Assembly (NCBI GenBank): GCA_963790045.1 | Contig: CAWBMS010000008.1 | Location: 133,126-197,125 of the forward strand | DNA: 64,000 bases | Direction: 5' to 3' | Source of the DNA: Ignavibacteriota bacterium | Lineage (GTDB): Bacteria > Bacteroidota > Ignavibacteria > UBA10030 | Shown: piece after piece, positions 21,486 through 29,747 of the stretch | How the letters are laid out: every line of letters starts with the position of its first letter | Position numbering within the stretch: position 1 is the stretch's first letter | The notes under the pieces: generated by a model | The model's database searches: none | What the model was told of the DNA's origin: nothing | The model's input: only the letters and a program-made list of their open reading frames with translations | Position numbers and translations under genes: made by a program

Positions 21486-23534
21486 TTACCAGATTTTTAT
21501 CTGCACACTATCTGCACGATACATCGGTTCACCGGATTGAATGCCGAACGTCGAATAAAATTCCGGCATATTGACCAATGGCCCGTTCACGCGGAACTTC
21601 GCCGGCGAATGTTCGTTGCTGCGCACCTGATTCGCCGTCATTTCCGGACGCTCGTTCACCATCCATCCAAGTGCATACCCAAGGAAAAATCGTTTGTCTG
21701 GATTTAATCCCGCAAGCGATTCATGATTTTTGTATTGATTCGTTTTCTTGAATGCCTCGTACGCCATCATCGTTCCGCCAAGGTCGGCAATGTTCTCACC
21801 TTGCGTCAATTCGCCGTTAATGTGCAAACTATCGACAGCAATATAACCGTTAAATTGCCGGACGATCATTTTTGTTTTTGCCGTGAACTTGATACTATCG
21901 TCCATCGTCCACCAGTTGTTCAAATTTCCCGATGCATCGTATTTACATCCCTGGTCATCGAAGCCGTGTGTAATTTCATGCCCAAACGTTGCGCCGATAA
22001 TCGAATACAGCAGCGCATCGTCCGCCAGCACATGTTCGTAGCCGGGAATAATAATATTGCAGCCGGGAATCACGATCTCGTTGTTGGAAGGATTATAATA
22101 CGCATTGTACGTTTGCGGCGTCATATCCCATTCCGTACGATCAACGGGCTTGCCGTATTTCGCAATCATATAATGGAACGCCCACGCATTTGCGTTAATG
22201 CCGTTATGCACATACGAAGATCGGTCGATCTTCATACTGCTCAAGTTTTTCCATTTATCGGGGTAACCGACTTTCATCACAATCGCATCGAGTTTCTTCA
22301 GCGCTTTTACTTTTGTCGCATCGCTCATCCAATCCAATGTTTTGATGCGTTCGGTATATACTTCTTTAATGGCTTTACCGATTTCAACTAATTTCGCTTT
22401 TGTTCCTTTCGGAAGATAATCCGACACATACACCTGTCCGATTAATTCTCCGAGCGACCCATCGGTTTGTTCCACCACGCGCTTCCATCGTGGTTTAGGT
22501 TCTTGCACTCCGCGTAACGTACCGGAATAGAAATTGAATGTTTCGAGATACGTTTTGTCATCTAAATATCGTGCAAGTCCGCGCACAAGATGATACTTAA
22601 GGTAATCTTTCCAATCGGCAAGCGGAACGGTTTTCAAATATCCATTGAGCGCTTCAAGAAATTCCGGTTGACCGACGATAACCGTATCCACTTTTTGCAA
22701 TCCGACGCCATCGATGAAAGTTGTCCAGTTGAGGTTCGCGGTGGATGCTTGCAATTGTTTGAAGGACATCTTGTGATAATTGGTAAGCGGATCGCGCGTG
22801 TCTTCCCGCTTGCGCATGACGCCGGCAAGCGCTGTTTCTAATTTCATCATGCGTTCGGCAGATTGTTTTGCCTGCGCATCATTGTAGCCAATAATTTTGA
22901 ACATGCGTTCAACGTGTTCCACAAATTTTTGCCGGATAGCGATGGCGCGTGCATCGGTATCAAAATAATAATTGCGATCCGGCATGCTGATACCGCCCTG
23001 CCAGATAAAGATTGCATTTTTACTGCTGATCTTATCGTCCTGCCCTACGCCGAATGAAAACATCGGATCGCCGGAAACGACATGCACATACGCAGCCGTT
23101 TGTAACAAATCATTGACAGATTTTATTTCATCGATCCTCTTCAAATCGTAGTGCAGCGGTTTCAATCCATTTTTATTCAATGCAACGCTATCCATGCCGG
23201 TGAAAAAGAAATCGCCGATCTTTTGTTTGTTGCTTCCTTTCGCTGCATGCTTCAACGCCGACAACGATTCACACAAATTCCGAATCTGTGCGTTGATCGT
23301 ATCCTGTATAATCTGCCAGATACCGTTGCTCTGCTCGCTGGCAGGAATTGGATTTTCTTTAAACCATTTTCCGTTGGCATATAAAAAGAAATCTGTTCCC
23401 GGCTTCACCGTCGTATCGATATGAGCAACTAAGGGATCGACCCAGAGCGTGTTGTTTGTTGTTTGACCGAACACCAGAGATGGAATGAAGATCAACATTA
23501 TTCCGATGGAACAATGAACGATTCGTTTTTTCAT
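21486..23534 (-). CDS. pepO: M13 family zinc metallopeptidase (PepO/neprilysin-like)
   Basis: It has the HEITHGFD zinc motif, is 682 aa long and has a signal peptide. Confidence 0.9.
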   Translation of the reverse strand: MKKRIVHCSIGIMLIFIPSLVFGQTTNNTLWVDPLVAHIDTTVKPGTDFFLYANGKWFKENPIPASEQSNGIWQIIQDTINAQIRNLCESLSALKHAAKGSNKQKIGDFFFTGMDSVALNKNGLKPLHYDLKRIDEIKSVNDLLQTAAYVHVVSGDPMFSFGVGQDDKISSKNAIFIWQGGISMPDRNYYFDTDARAIAIRQKFVEHVERMFKIIGYNDAQAKQSAERMMKLETALAGVMRKREDTRDPLTNYHKMSFKQLQASTANLNWTTFIDGVGLQKVDTVIVGQPEFLEALNGYLKTVPLADWKDYLKYHLVRGLARYLDDKTYLETFNFYSGTLRGVQEPKPRWKRVVEQTDGSLGELIGQVYVSDYLPKGTKAKLVEIGKAIKEVYTERIKTLDWMSDATKVKALKKLDAIVMKVGYPDKWKNLSSMKIDRSSYVHNGINANAWAFHYMIAKYGKPVDRTEWDMTPQTYNAYYNPSNNEIVIPGCNIIIPGYEHVLADDALLYSIIGATFGHEITHGFDDQGCKYDASGNLNNWWTMDDSIKFTAKTKMIVRQFNGYIAVDSLHINGELTQGENIADLGGTMMAYEAFKKTNQYKNHESLAGLNPDKRFFLGYALGWMVNERPEMTANQVRSNEHSPAKFRVNGPLVNMPEFYSTFGIQSGEPMYRADSVQIKIW

Positions 23535-23689
23535 GATACGTTCCTTTGTAAGTTTTTTTCATGTTGTATTTTAAAATATAAAAAAAGAACGAAGGATGCC
23601 AAGGTACACGGTCAAAGAAGAAATGGGAACCGTGAAAGCACATTGTCTATTTCCATCTCTATTATGCTGTGAGGAAAATGCTTAATCTT

Positions 23690-24010
23690 TCCCCGAATGG
23701 CTTTTCCCCTGCTCGTGCATGTTTTTCCTTCACAATTTTTATAAAAAGTTCATGCGTCTGTGCTTTCGCCCTTCTCCCGAACGTAATTTCCCAACGCCCA
23801 ATATCATTTTCCCTTCTCTTTTTTGTAATTATTTTACACCGGATGGCTTTTTCCTAATCCCGATTACAATTTCCCAACCCACGGACGGCGTTTCCCTTCT
23901 CCCGAACGCGTTTTCCCATCCCCCGACTGGTTTTTCTCTTCTCTTTTTTGTAAAAATTTCAGCCCGAACGTCTTTTCCCTAATCCCGGACATTCATTTTT
24001 TGCCCCCGTG
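23690..24010. repeat. degenerate tandem repeats (units of about 25-30 nt, CCCGAACG...TTTTCCC)
   Basis: The motifs cccgaacg / tttccc(t/a) recur in the non-coding tract upstream of the REP cluster. Confidence 0.5.
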
Positions 24011-24027
24011 GAGGTATTTCCCTGAAT

Positions 24028-24257
24028 GTGACCGTCACCCACTCCGTTTAATCTAAGCTGGTGACGGTCACATGCTCTGTTCTCAATTCGTGACCGTCAC
24101 CTACTCCGTCTAAGCCAAGCTGGTGACAGTCACATGCTCTGTTCTCGATTCGTGACATTCACCTACTCCGTTTAAGCCAAGCTGGTGACGACCACACCCC
24201 CGGCTTAAATTGTGACCGTCACTCGCGCTGTTTTAGCTTGGTAAGTGATGGTCACAT
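24028..24257. repeat. REP palindrome array (GTGACCGTCAC / GTGACGGTCAC alternating, about 4 units)
   Basis: Perfect 11-nt palindromic cores alternate in orientation at spacings of about 30 nt. Confidence 0.8.
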
Positions 24258-24267
24258 AATCCTTTTG

Positions 24268-24843
24268 TTACGAAAAAATATATTTCTCTATTTTGTATTT
24301 ATCCTCCGCCTGATACAATTCAACAAATTGTTGATACGTATTATTTTGAGAGAACTGTTCCAATACAATTTCCGGATGGATGAATTGTATCGGTATATCT
24401 CCGTAATATTCTTTGCAACTGCTAAATTGCCAATGCTGTGGCTGGGAAACAAGTTTCGCCCGAACAGGATTCAGATGGATATACCGCGAAAGATGAAGAA
24501 GATACTCGTTCTCTTCAATCTGTCGTAATTTATATTTTCCATCGAACAAATGCCCCGTCCGCTGCTGTTCCAAATTAACGGCCTTCACATATCCGTTACA
24601 AAGTTTTGCAATAAATTGCGACAACCCGTTTGCGTCGAGTTGTTGAAGAATGAAATGATAATGATTGGGCATAAGACAGTAGGCGATCATTTTGACAGCA
24701 GCTGGAGCGAGTGCATTTTGCATGCGTTCGAGGAACATTTGATATTGGTAGGGATGGAAAAATATAGAAGAATGATTGTTACCACGATTATACACATGGA
24801 AGTAAGAATCAACAGAAGCAAGATATTTTGTTTTGATGGACAT
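24268..24843 (-). CDS. REP-associated tyrosine transposase (RAYT, IS200-like Y1/HUH)
   Basis: It has the HUH motif CLMPNHYHFIL and a conserved Tyr region, and is flanked on both sides by GTGACCGTCAC REP arrays. Confidence 0.8.
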   Translation of the reverse strand: MSIKTKYLASVDSYFHVYNRGNNHSSIFFHPYQYQMFLERMQNALAPAAVKMIAYCLMPNHYHFILQQLDANGLSQFIAKLCNGYVKAVNLEQQRTGHLFDGKYKLRQIEENEYLLHLSRYIHLNPVRAKLVSQPQHWQFSSCKEYYGDIPIQFIHPEIVLEQFSQNNTYQQFVELYQAEDKYKIEKYIFS

Positions 24844-24870
24844 CGACTAAATCTCCTCACCTGCTCATCT

Positions 24871-25180
24871 GTGACCGTCACCTACTCTGTTCAAGCTTAG
24901 CTGGTGACGGTCACATGCTCTGTTCTCAATTCGTGACATTCACCCACTCCGTTTAATCTAAGCTGGTGACGGTCACATGCTCTGTTCTCAATTCGTGACC
25001 GTCACCCACTCCGTTTAAGCCAAGCTGGTGACAGTCACATGCTCTGTTCTCGATTCGTGACCGTCACCTACTCTGTTCAAGCTTTGCCGGTGACGGTCAC
25101 ACTCCACCGGCTTAGCTCGTGACCGTCACTTGCTCTATTTCAACTTGGTAAGTGACGGTCACATGATCCGGTCACATAAC
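24871..25180. repeat. REP palindrome array, same family as 24028-24257 (about 5 units)
   Basis: It has the same GTGAC(C/G)GTCAC cores. Confidence 0.8.
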
Positions 25181-25182
25181 AT

Positions 25183-25911
25183 CTATTTTTTTGTCGTATC
25201 TGTCGATGGAGATGTAGATGAGGATGTATTGCCCTTGTCGTCCGTCTTTTTGGATTTATGCGGCGGGGCGGTGTAGCGCGTTTTTCTTGCTGTTTCTAAT
25301 TTGGCAAGAAGATCGGGCTTGCCTTCAAACGCCAGAGTTGCGGCATTCTGGAAAGCATCGGCAAGCGTAATGGTTGCTTCGATGGAGGCATCGAACGCTT
25401 CAGTGGCTTGCTTCGCATCCGTTTTGCATTCCTCCTGCACTTTGTTAGCGGCGGTAAGCGCAACGCTATCGGTTTGCAGCGCCGCAATATCCGCAGGCAG
25501 CACGCCCTGTTTGGCAAGCCGCTCCTGATACGTCGGGAATCCCTTGCCGTAATCCGACGCCCAGCCGATCAGCACGGGCGAAGATCCCTTATGGTCTTCG
25601 CCCACATGGAAGACTTTTCCTTCCGGACTACTTTTGCCGAACTCCTTCTTCACCGCATTTTTAGTCTTTTTGATGCGGGATGCAACGGGTGTGCGCGCTG
25701 CTTCTTCATTCCGTGTAAGGTTCTTCAATTTTTCGTGGATTACTCCGGCAGCCGACCGCTTCACCTCCATATCTGCTTTTGCCGCCGTGTACTCGGCAAA
25801 CCGGCTTTCGGGAAAACGCTCCGTGAACAGAGCTTTGTTGTCGGTATAAAGAGCTTCTTTCAGATCGTACTCTTCTGCAAGCCCTTCGGAATAAACTGTT
25901 TGTGCTGCCAT
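25183..25911 (-). CDS. hypothetical protein, compositionally GC-rich, embedded between REP arrays
   Basis: The 242-aa ORF has a GGAGGT RBS. Its C-terminus is Ala/Lys/Glu-rich with an S/T/K-rich tail. I recognise no family. Confidence 0.5.
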   Translation of the reverse strand: MAAQTVYSEGLAEEYDLKEALYTDNKALFTERFPESRFAEYTAAKADMEVKRSAAGVIHEKLKNLTRNEEAARTPVASRIKKTKNAVKKEFGKSSPEGKVFHVGEDHKGSSPVLIGWASDYGKGFPTYQERLAKQGVLPADIAALQTDSVALTAANKVQEECKTDAKQATEAFDASIEATITLADAFQNAATLAFEGKPDLLAKLETARKTRYTAPPHKSKKTDDKGNTSSSTSPSTDTTKK

Positions 25912-26043
25912 ACCATACCTCCATAAAATTGATGTGTAAGATTATGAAGGGTCCCCATTTTATTTAAGACGATTCGTGGGGGCCCCGCTTGGTTATGTGA
26001 ATCGTTTGTTTATTTATGCGTGTGTGTTTCCTTTATTTTTTAT

Positions 26044-26115
26044 TTATGCATGTGACCGTCACCTACTCGTGCATGTGACCGTCACTCGCTTTGCGTTGAC
26101 AGAGTTAGTGACGGT
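26044..26115. repeat. REP palindromes (GTGACCGTCAC family), isolated pair
   Basis: The sequence reads gtgaccgtcacctactcgtgcatgtgaccgtcactcgc...agtgacggtcac. Confidence 0.7.
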
Positions 26116-26135
26116 CACAAACTTTGTCCGTTTTC

Positions 26136-26195
26136 TGTAAGGGTTGAAAATTTTCAACCCTTACAAAGTATTGTTCGGGAGATCATCTCCCGAAC
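26136..26195. terminator. two strong stem-loops at the distal end of the CRISPR array (possible array terminator)
   Basis: One has a 13-bp stem (tgtaagggttgaa aatt ttcaacccttaca) and the other a 10-bp stem (gttcgggaga tca tctcccgaac). Neither is followed by a clean U-tract. Confidence 0.35.
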
Positions 26196-26234
26196 AGCGA
26201 GGGCAATTACATCGAATTAAAAGTTACAACGTCT

Positions 26235-26790
26235 GTTTCAACTTCCTTTCAAATGGAATAACTGTCAGCGGCAGAGGCAACAAAAGTTGATTGCGAAACG
26301 TTTCAACTTCCTTTCAAATGGAATAACTGTCAGCATGACTTGCAATGATAACATCGTTTTCTTTGTTTCAACTTCCTTTCAAATGGAATAACTGTCAGCC
26401 ATAAATAATCATCGCTTTGATATTGTACTGTTTCAACTTCCTTTCAAATGGAATAACTGTCAGCACAATTCCGGAGCGGGAAGAACCTATAGCGGTTTCA
26501 ACTTCCTTTCAAATGGAATAACTGTCAGCAGAGGGCAAAGAGAAGAATTGCGATTGCTAGTTTCAACTTCCTTTCAAATGGAATAACTGTCAGCCGCTCA
26601 AGATGTTAAGCCGCTACTTAATCGGTTTCAACTTCCTTTCAAATGGAATAACTGTCAGCATGCTCGAAGTTCTTCTTCGTTCGCGCCTGTGTTTCAACTT
26701 CCTTTCAAATGGAATAACTGTCAGCCGCATAGGTCGTGAGCAACGTTGCTTGTAAGTTTCAACTTCCTTTCAAATGGAATAACTGTCAGC
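26235..26790. CRISPR. CRISPR array with 9 identical 35-nt repeats (GTTTCAACTTCCTTTCAAATGGAATAACTGTCAGC) and 8 unique spacers of 30-31 nt
   Basis: Repeats start at 26235, 26300, 26365, 26430, 26495, 26560, 26625, 26691 and 26756, and all are identical. The spacers are unique and non-repetitive. The minus-strand reading of the repeat ends in GTTGAAAC. Confidence 0.95.
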
Positions 26791-26908
26791 TTAGTACCAT
26801 GCAAATCCCAGTTCTTCATAGGGTTAGAGAATAAATAGTATAGAAATAAACGGGAAGAACGCAGTTTATTGAAGGGGAGATACCAAAAAATCCATTGTAC
26901 TTGGAATT

Positions 26909-26931
26909 GGTGAGTGGGCAAGCCCCTCACC
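26909..26931. ncRNA. stem-loop within the 250-bp cas12-like/array spacer region (candidate tracrRNA or scaffold element)
   Basis: The hairpin ggtgag tgggcaagccc ctcacc lies in the non-coding region between the gene stop (27040) and the array (26790). Confidence 0.25.
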
Positions 26932-27039
26932 TTCCGGATGATGTCGGCGAACGCCGCCATTCTTGCTATATCGGCAGCAAGATGAAACCACCCGTACCGT
27001 CTTCCGTTTTCACAGAAGAAAATGATTCTCTCTTAATTT

Positions 27040-28485
27040 TCAAAGAACAGTGCCGCCAGTATACTTGTGATACCATTCACATTCATCTTTGCGGGTTACC
27101 ACTTTAGTACTTTTGGCTATATTGCATGCGGCATTATAATCCGCATTGACGATTGTATCAAAATTTTTGCACGAGGGATTCTTACATTTAAATTCCGATT
27201 GACTGATACGTTGTTCTTCTGCTTCACTGCCACATTCGGTACATCGCTGGCTGGTATGATACGGATCAATACAGACCACTTCCATTCCTTTGCGGGCAGC
27301 TTTATCTTTGATCATCGTTTGTAATTCAAAGTACGACCAATTACGTAGAACAAAATCTCCCTGCAATGATTTTCCGTTTTCGTCTTTACCGTATCCTTCA
27401 AGAAGTTCTAATTTAATAACACCTGCGCGATACTTTTCTGCGAACTCGATAATGCGTCGCGAAACAGTGTGGTTATAAGTGCGAACAAAATGACGCTCTT
27501 TGTCCTTTAACGCTTCCATAGCTTTCAATTTCTTCCCGCGGCCTTTTCCGCCTTGCGTATTGCGCAAAGCAATTTGTAAATGCTTTCTGCGTTGCTGCAT
27601 TTGTGTACGCACACGTAAGAATTCGTTGCGGCTGCCAATTGCCAGACGGGCAAGCCCATCTGATAATGCACAATATGCCGGAACATTCAAGCCGAGATCG
27701 ACGCCAACCGAACGCGCTGTATCTAATACCAGCTTTTCTTCTTCAAATTTTATTGCGAGCAGTAAGAATATTTTTCTATCCTGCACCTGCATCTGGGAAT
27801 CACACATTTGGTAATCACCGGCAAGCACACGATCCATAATAATTTCGTTGCCACTACGGTCCCGTCCGAACCGTAATTCAAAATTCAACCCTTCTAACCA
27901 ATGCAACAGAACTTTTCCATCCTTCTTTTCAAACCGGAGACTTTCTTTCATAAACGGAATCGGCATGCCTTTTCGGAAACTACTAATTGCTCGTTGACCG
28001 CGGCGAACATCGAGGAGTTCCTTTTTAAACTTATCTACCACCGCATTATTTAATGCAGCTTTAATATAGGAAGGCATATCAGGGAATTCATCGGCAAGCA
28101 TTTGGTAGGTGGAGTTCTTTTCCCCTGTAACATAAAATGCTTCTGCTTCCGTGCGTGCCTCTAATGTTAAAGTGGCTTTTGCTTTGGTAAGTTTCTCTAA
28201 TTTTTTCTGTAATTTTTCTGCCGCGGCTTCGTCGGCTTCTTTCTTTTTTGCTTCTAAAGTTTTTTTATAATCTTCTTTAATTTCCTGCGCCTTTTCGGAA
28301 AGTTTTTCATCTGTCCATACGATTCGTTGTTTGAATGTGTCGTTAAAGTATTGATTGCTAACAATGAGATTTGCTGCACGGAAAACATCGTTGCTTAGTT
28401 GCCGTAAATACCGCCACGCCAAATTACGTTTTTCAGCATCTTGTTCATCTATCCATAATTCTATTTTACGGGTTATGATCGGCAT
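27040..28485 (-). CDS. TnpB/Cas12-like RuvC nuclease (481 aa), a candidate compact type V CRISPR effector
   Basis: RuvC-I is GVDLGLNVPAYCALSDG, RuvC-II is IKLELLEGYGKDENG and RuvC-III is NADYNAACNIAKS. A zinc finger CTECGS...FKCKNPSCKNF lies between RuvC-II and RuvC-III, the same arrangement as in Cas12f/TnpB. A Lys/Glu-rich coiled-coil insertion of about 60 aa follows the N-terminal WED-like region. It has the same orientation as the array and lies 250 bp upstream of it. Confidence 0.8.
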   Translation of the reverse strand: MPIITRKIELWIDEQDAEKRNLAWRYLRQLSNDVFRAANLIVSNQYFNDTFKQRIVWTDEKLSEKAQEIKEDYKKTLEAKKKEADEAAAEKLQKKLEKLTKAKATLTLEARTEAEAFYVTGEKNSTYQMLADEFPDMPSYIKAALNNAVVDKFKKELLDVRRGQRAISSFRKGMPIPFMKESLRFEKKDGKVLLHWLEGLNFELRFGRDRSGNEIIMDRVLAGDYQMCDSQMQVQDRKIFLLLAIKFEEEKLVLDTARSVGVDLGLNVPAYCALSDGLARLAIGSRNEFLRVRTQMQQRRKHLQIALRNTQGGKGRGKKLKAMEALKDKERHFVRTYNHTVSRRIIEFAEKYRAGVIKLELLEGYGKDENGKSLQGDFVLRNWSYFELQTMIKDKAARKGMEVVCIDPYHTSQRCTECGSEAEEQRISQSEFKCKNPSCKNFDTIVNADYNAACNIAKSTKVVTRKDECEWYHKYTGGTVL

Positions 28486-28526
28486 ACTGCATGCTTCCGT
28501 GTTAAATTATTTCTTTGTCTCTTCAT

Positions 28527-28608
28527 CTCACTCCGCCGACTTCCCCAAACGCACTCCTTGGAGAAGCACATTATATCCAACCGTTTTAAACTTGCTGTAA
28601 AGTTACAT
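28527..28608. repeat. copy A of an 80-bp conserved element, located 40-120 bp upstream of the cas12-like start
   Basis: It is near-identical to 29667-29747, which lies upstream of the RAYT gene. It contains gttttaaacttg, resembling the 5' end of the CRISPR repeat (gtttcaacttcc), and on the minus strand a TATAAT-like box (ggatataatg). Confidence 0.7.
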
Positions 28609-28914
28609 GAACGCCTTATTAAAAGCAAATAAATTACTTCTGCTTCGATCATAATATTGTATTTCCCAATAATCCATTATCCTCATGCCTGCGCTCGGTA
28701 TCGGTTGCCCAACATTGAATGTCCTCACCATGAATTTAATTCATTGCTCCATGTTGTGGGCACGTTCCGCCAAATAGACTGCGGATAAACGCAACGTGCC
28801 CCTGCCGATTTTAATCAATACAACAATATTCTGAAAATAATTTTCCATCGTAGGGACGTGATTCATCACGTCCATTTTATTTATTATATCCCTTTCTTGC
28901 ATCACGTCCTCATA

Positions 28915-29010
28915 ACGAATTTATGAATCAAATTAATGGATTTGATGAATCAAATTAATGGATTTGATAAATCAAATTAATGGATTTGATGAATCAAATC
29001 CCTACGATGA
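28915..29010. repeat. tandem array of a 22-bp unit containing the perfect palindrome GGATTTGATGAATCAAATCC (about 4 copies)
   Basis: The unit aatggatttgatgaatcaaatt is repeated. It overlaps the 3' end of the RAYT ORF, and a further copy occurs at about 29340-29380 inside the ORF. Confidence 0.7.
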
Positions 29011-29643
29011 TATATCTGCGTTGAACAATCGTTGTACACTGTCGGGATGTTCATGATCCATTGCCCACATCACAGGGTTTCCGGCAATATATTTACGAAT
29101 GTTGTTCAATTCTTTATCGCTGCGAATAACATGTTCGTAGAAACGGGATTGCCAACGGAAATTATCATATCCCGCATCGTGAATAAATTTCGTCGTCCGC
29201 GCTTTATAATGGCGAACAATTTTACCTAAGGTCAATTTTGGATTTTTCATCAATCCCCATTCATTCGTAGGGACGTGATTTATCACGTCCTGATTTATAT
29301 CCGCATGATTAACCACGTCCGAATGGTTCATCGCATCCCCGTTTAGGATTTGATGAATCAAATCCCTACGATGGTCATATTCCAACAATACCAATATTCC
29401 ATGAACGTGATTGGGCATTATGATATATTCATCCAATTGCACATTTGCAAAATGTTTTGTTATATCGTTCCAACAACGCTCTGCAATTATTCCAATCGGC
29501 AACAAATGGATTGCTTCGTCATTTATTTCACCAAACATATTTTCATGATTATGCGTGCAAATCGTAATAAAATATCCGCCCGGCATCGAGTAGTCGTACT
29601 CTTTTAATCGAATGGATTTTCTCTGACAACGTGTTGCAATCAT
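29002..29643 (-). CDS. REP-associated tyrosine transposase (RAYT, IS200-like Y1/HUH), third family
   Basis: It has the HUH motif IIMPNHVHGILVL and the conserved RWQSRFYEHVIR (Y-motif) region. It is flanked by GGGACGTGAT..ATCACGTCCC palindromes at about 28850-28880 and 29270-29300. Confidence 0.8.
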   Translation of the reverse strand: MIATRCQRKSIRLKEYDYSMPGGYFITICTHNHENMFGEINDEAIHLLPIGIIAERCWNDITKHFANVQLDEYIIMPNHVHGILVLLEYDHRRDLIHQILNGDAMNHSDVVNHADINQDVINHVPTNEWGLMKNPKLTLGKIVRHYKARTTKFIHDAGYDNFRWQSRFYEHVIRSDKELNNIRKYIAGNPVMWAMDHEHPDSVQRLFNADISS

Positions 29644-29666
29644 CGTATGTATCTCTTTGTTTTTAT

Positions 29667-29747
29667 TCCACCGACTTCCCCAAACGCACTCCTTGGAGAA
29701 GCACTTTGTATCTACCTAACCGTTTTAAACTTGGTTTAAAGTTACAT
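29667..29747. repeat. copy B of the 80-bp conserved element, upstream of the RAYT gene
   Basis: It is about 90% identical to copy A (28527-28608). Confidence 0.7.

Noticed and set aside
26880-26910. atccattgtacttggaattg as a tracrRNA anti-repeat
   Set aside because: Only 12 of 20 positions are complementary to the repeat, with no contiguous stretch longer than 6, which is too weak to call.
26721-27107. Tracked ORFs 26721-26960 (-) and 26895-27107 (+), overlapping the CRISPR array and leader
   Set aside because: They read through repeat units or the non-coding gap, and have no RBS or recognisable similarity. They are artefacts of the open frames in the repeats.
27040-28485. Whether the protein is just an ordinary IS200/IS605 TnpB that happens to sit near an array
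   Set aside because: I have not fully rejected this. It is disfavoured because the protein is about 80 aa larger than typical TnpB, with a REC-like insertion. The array also starts 250 bp from its stop in the same orientation, and no transposon-end hairpins or ω-RNA-like right end are evident. It is kept as the null hypothesis in the findings.
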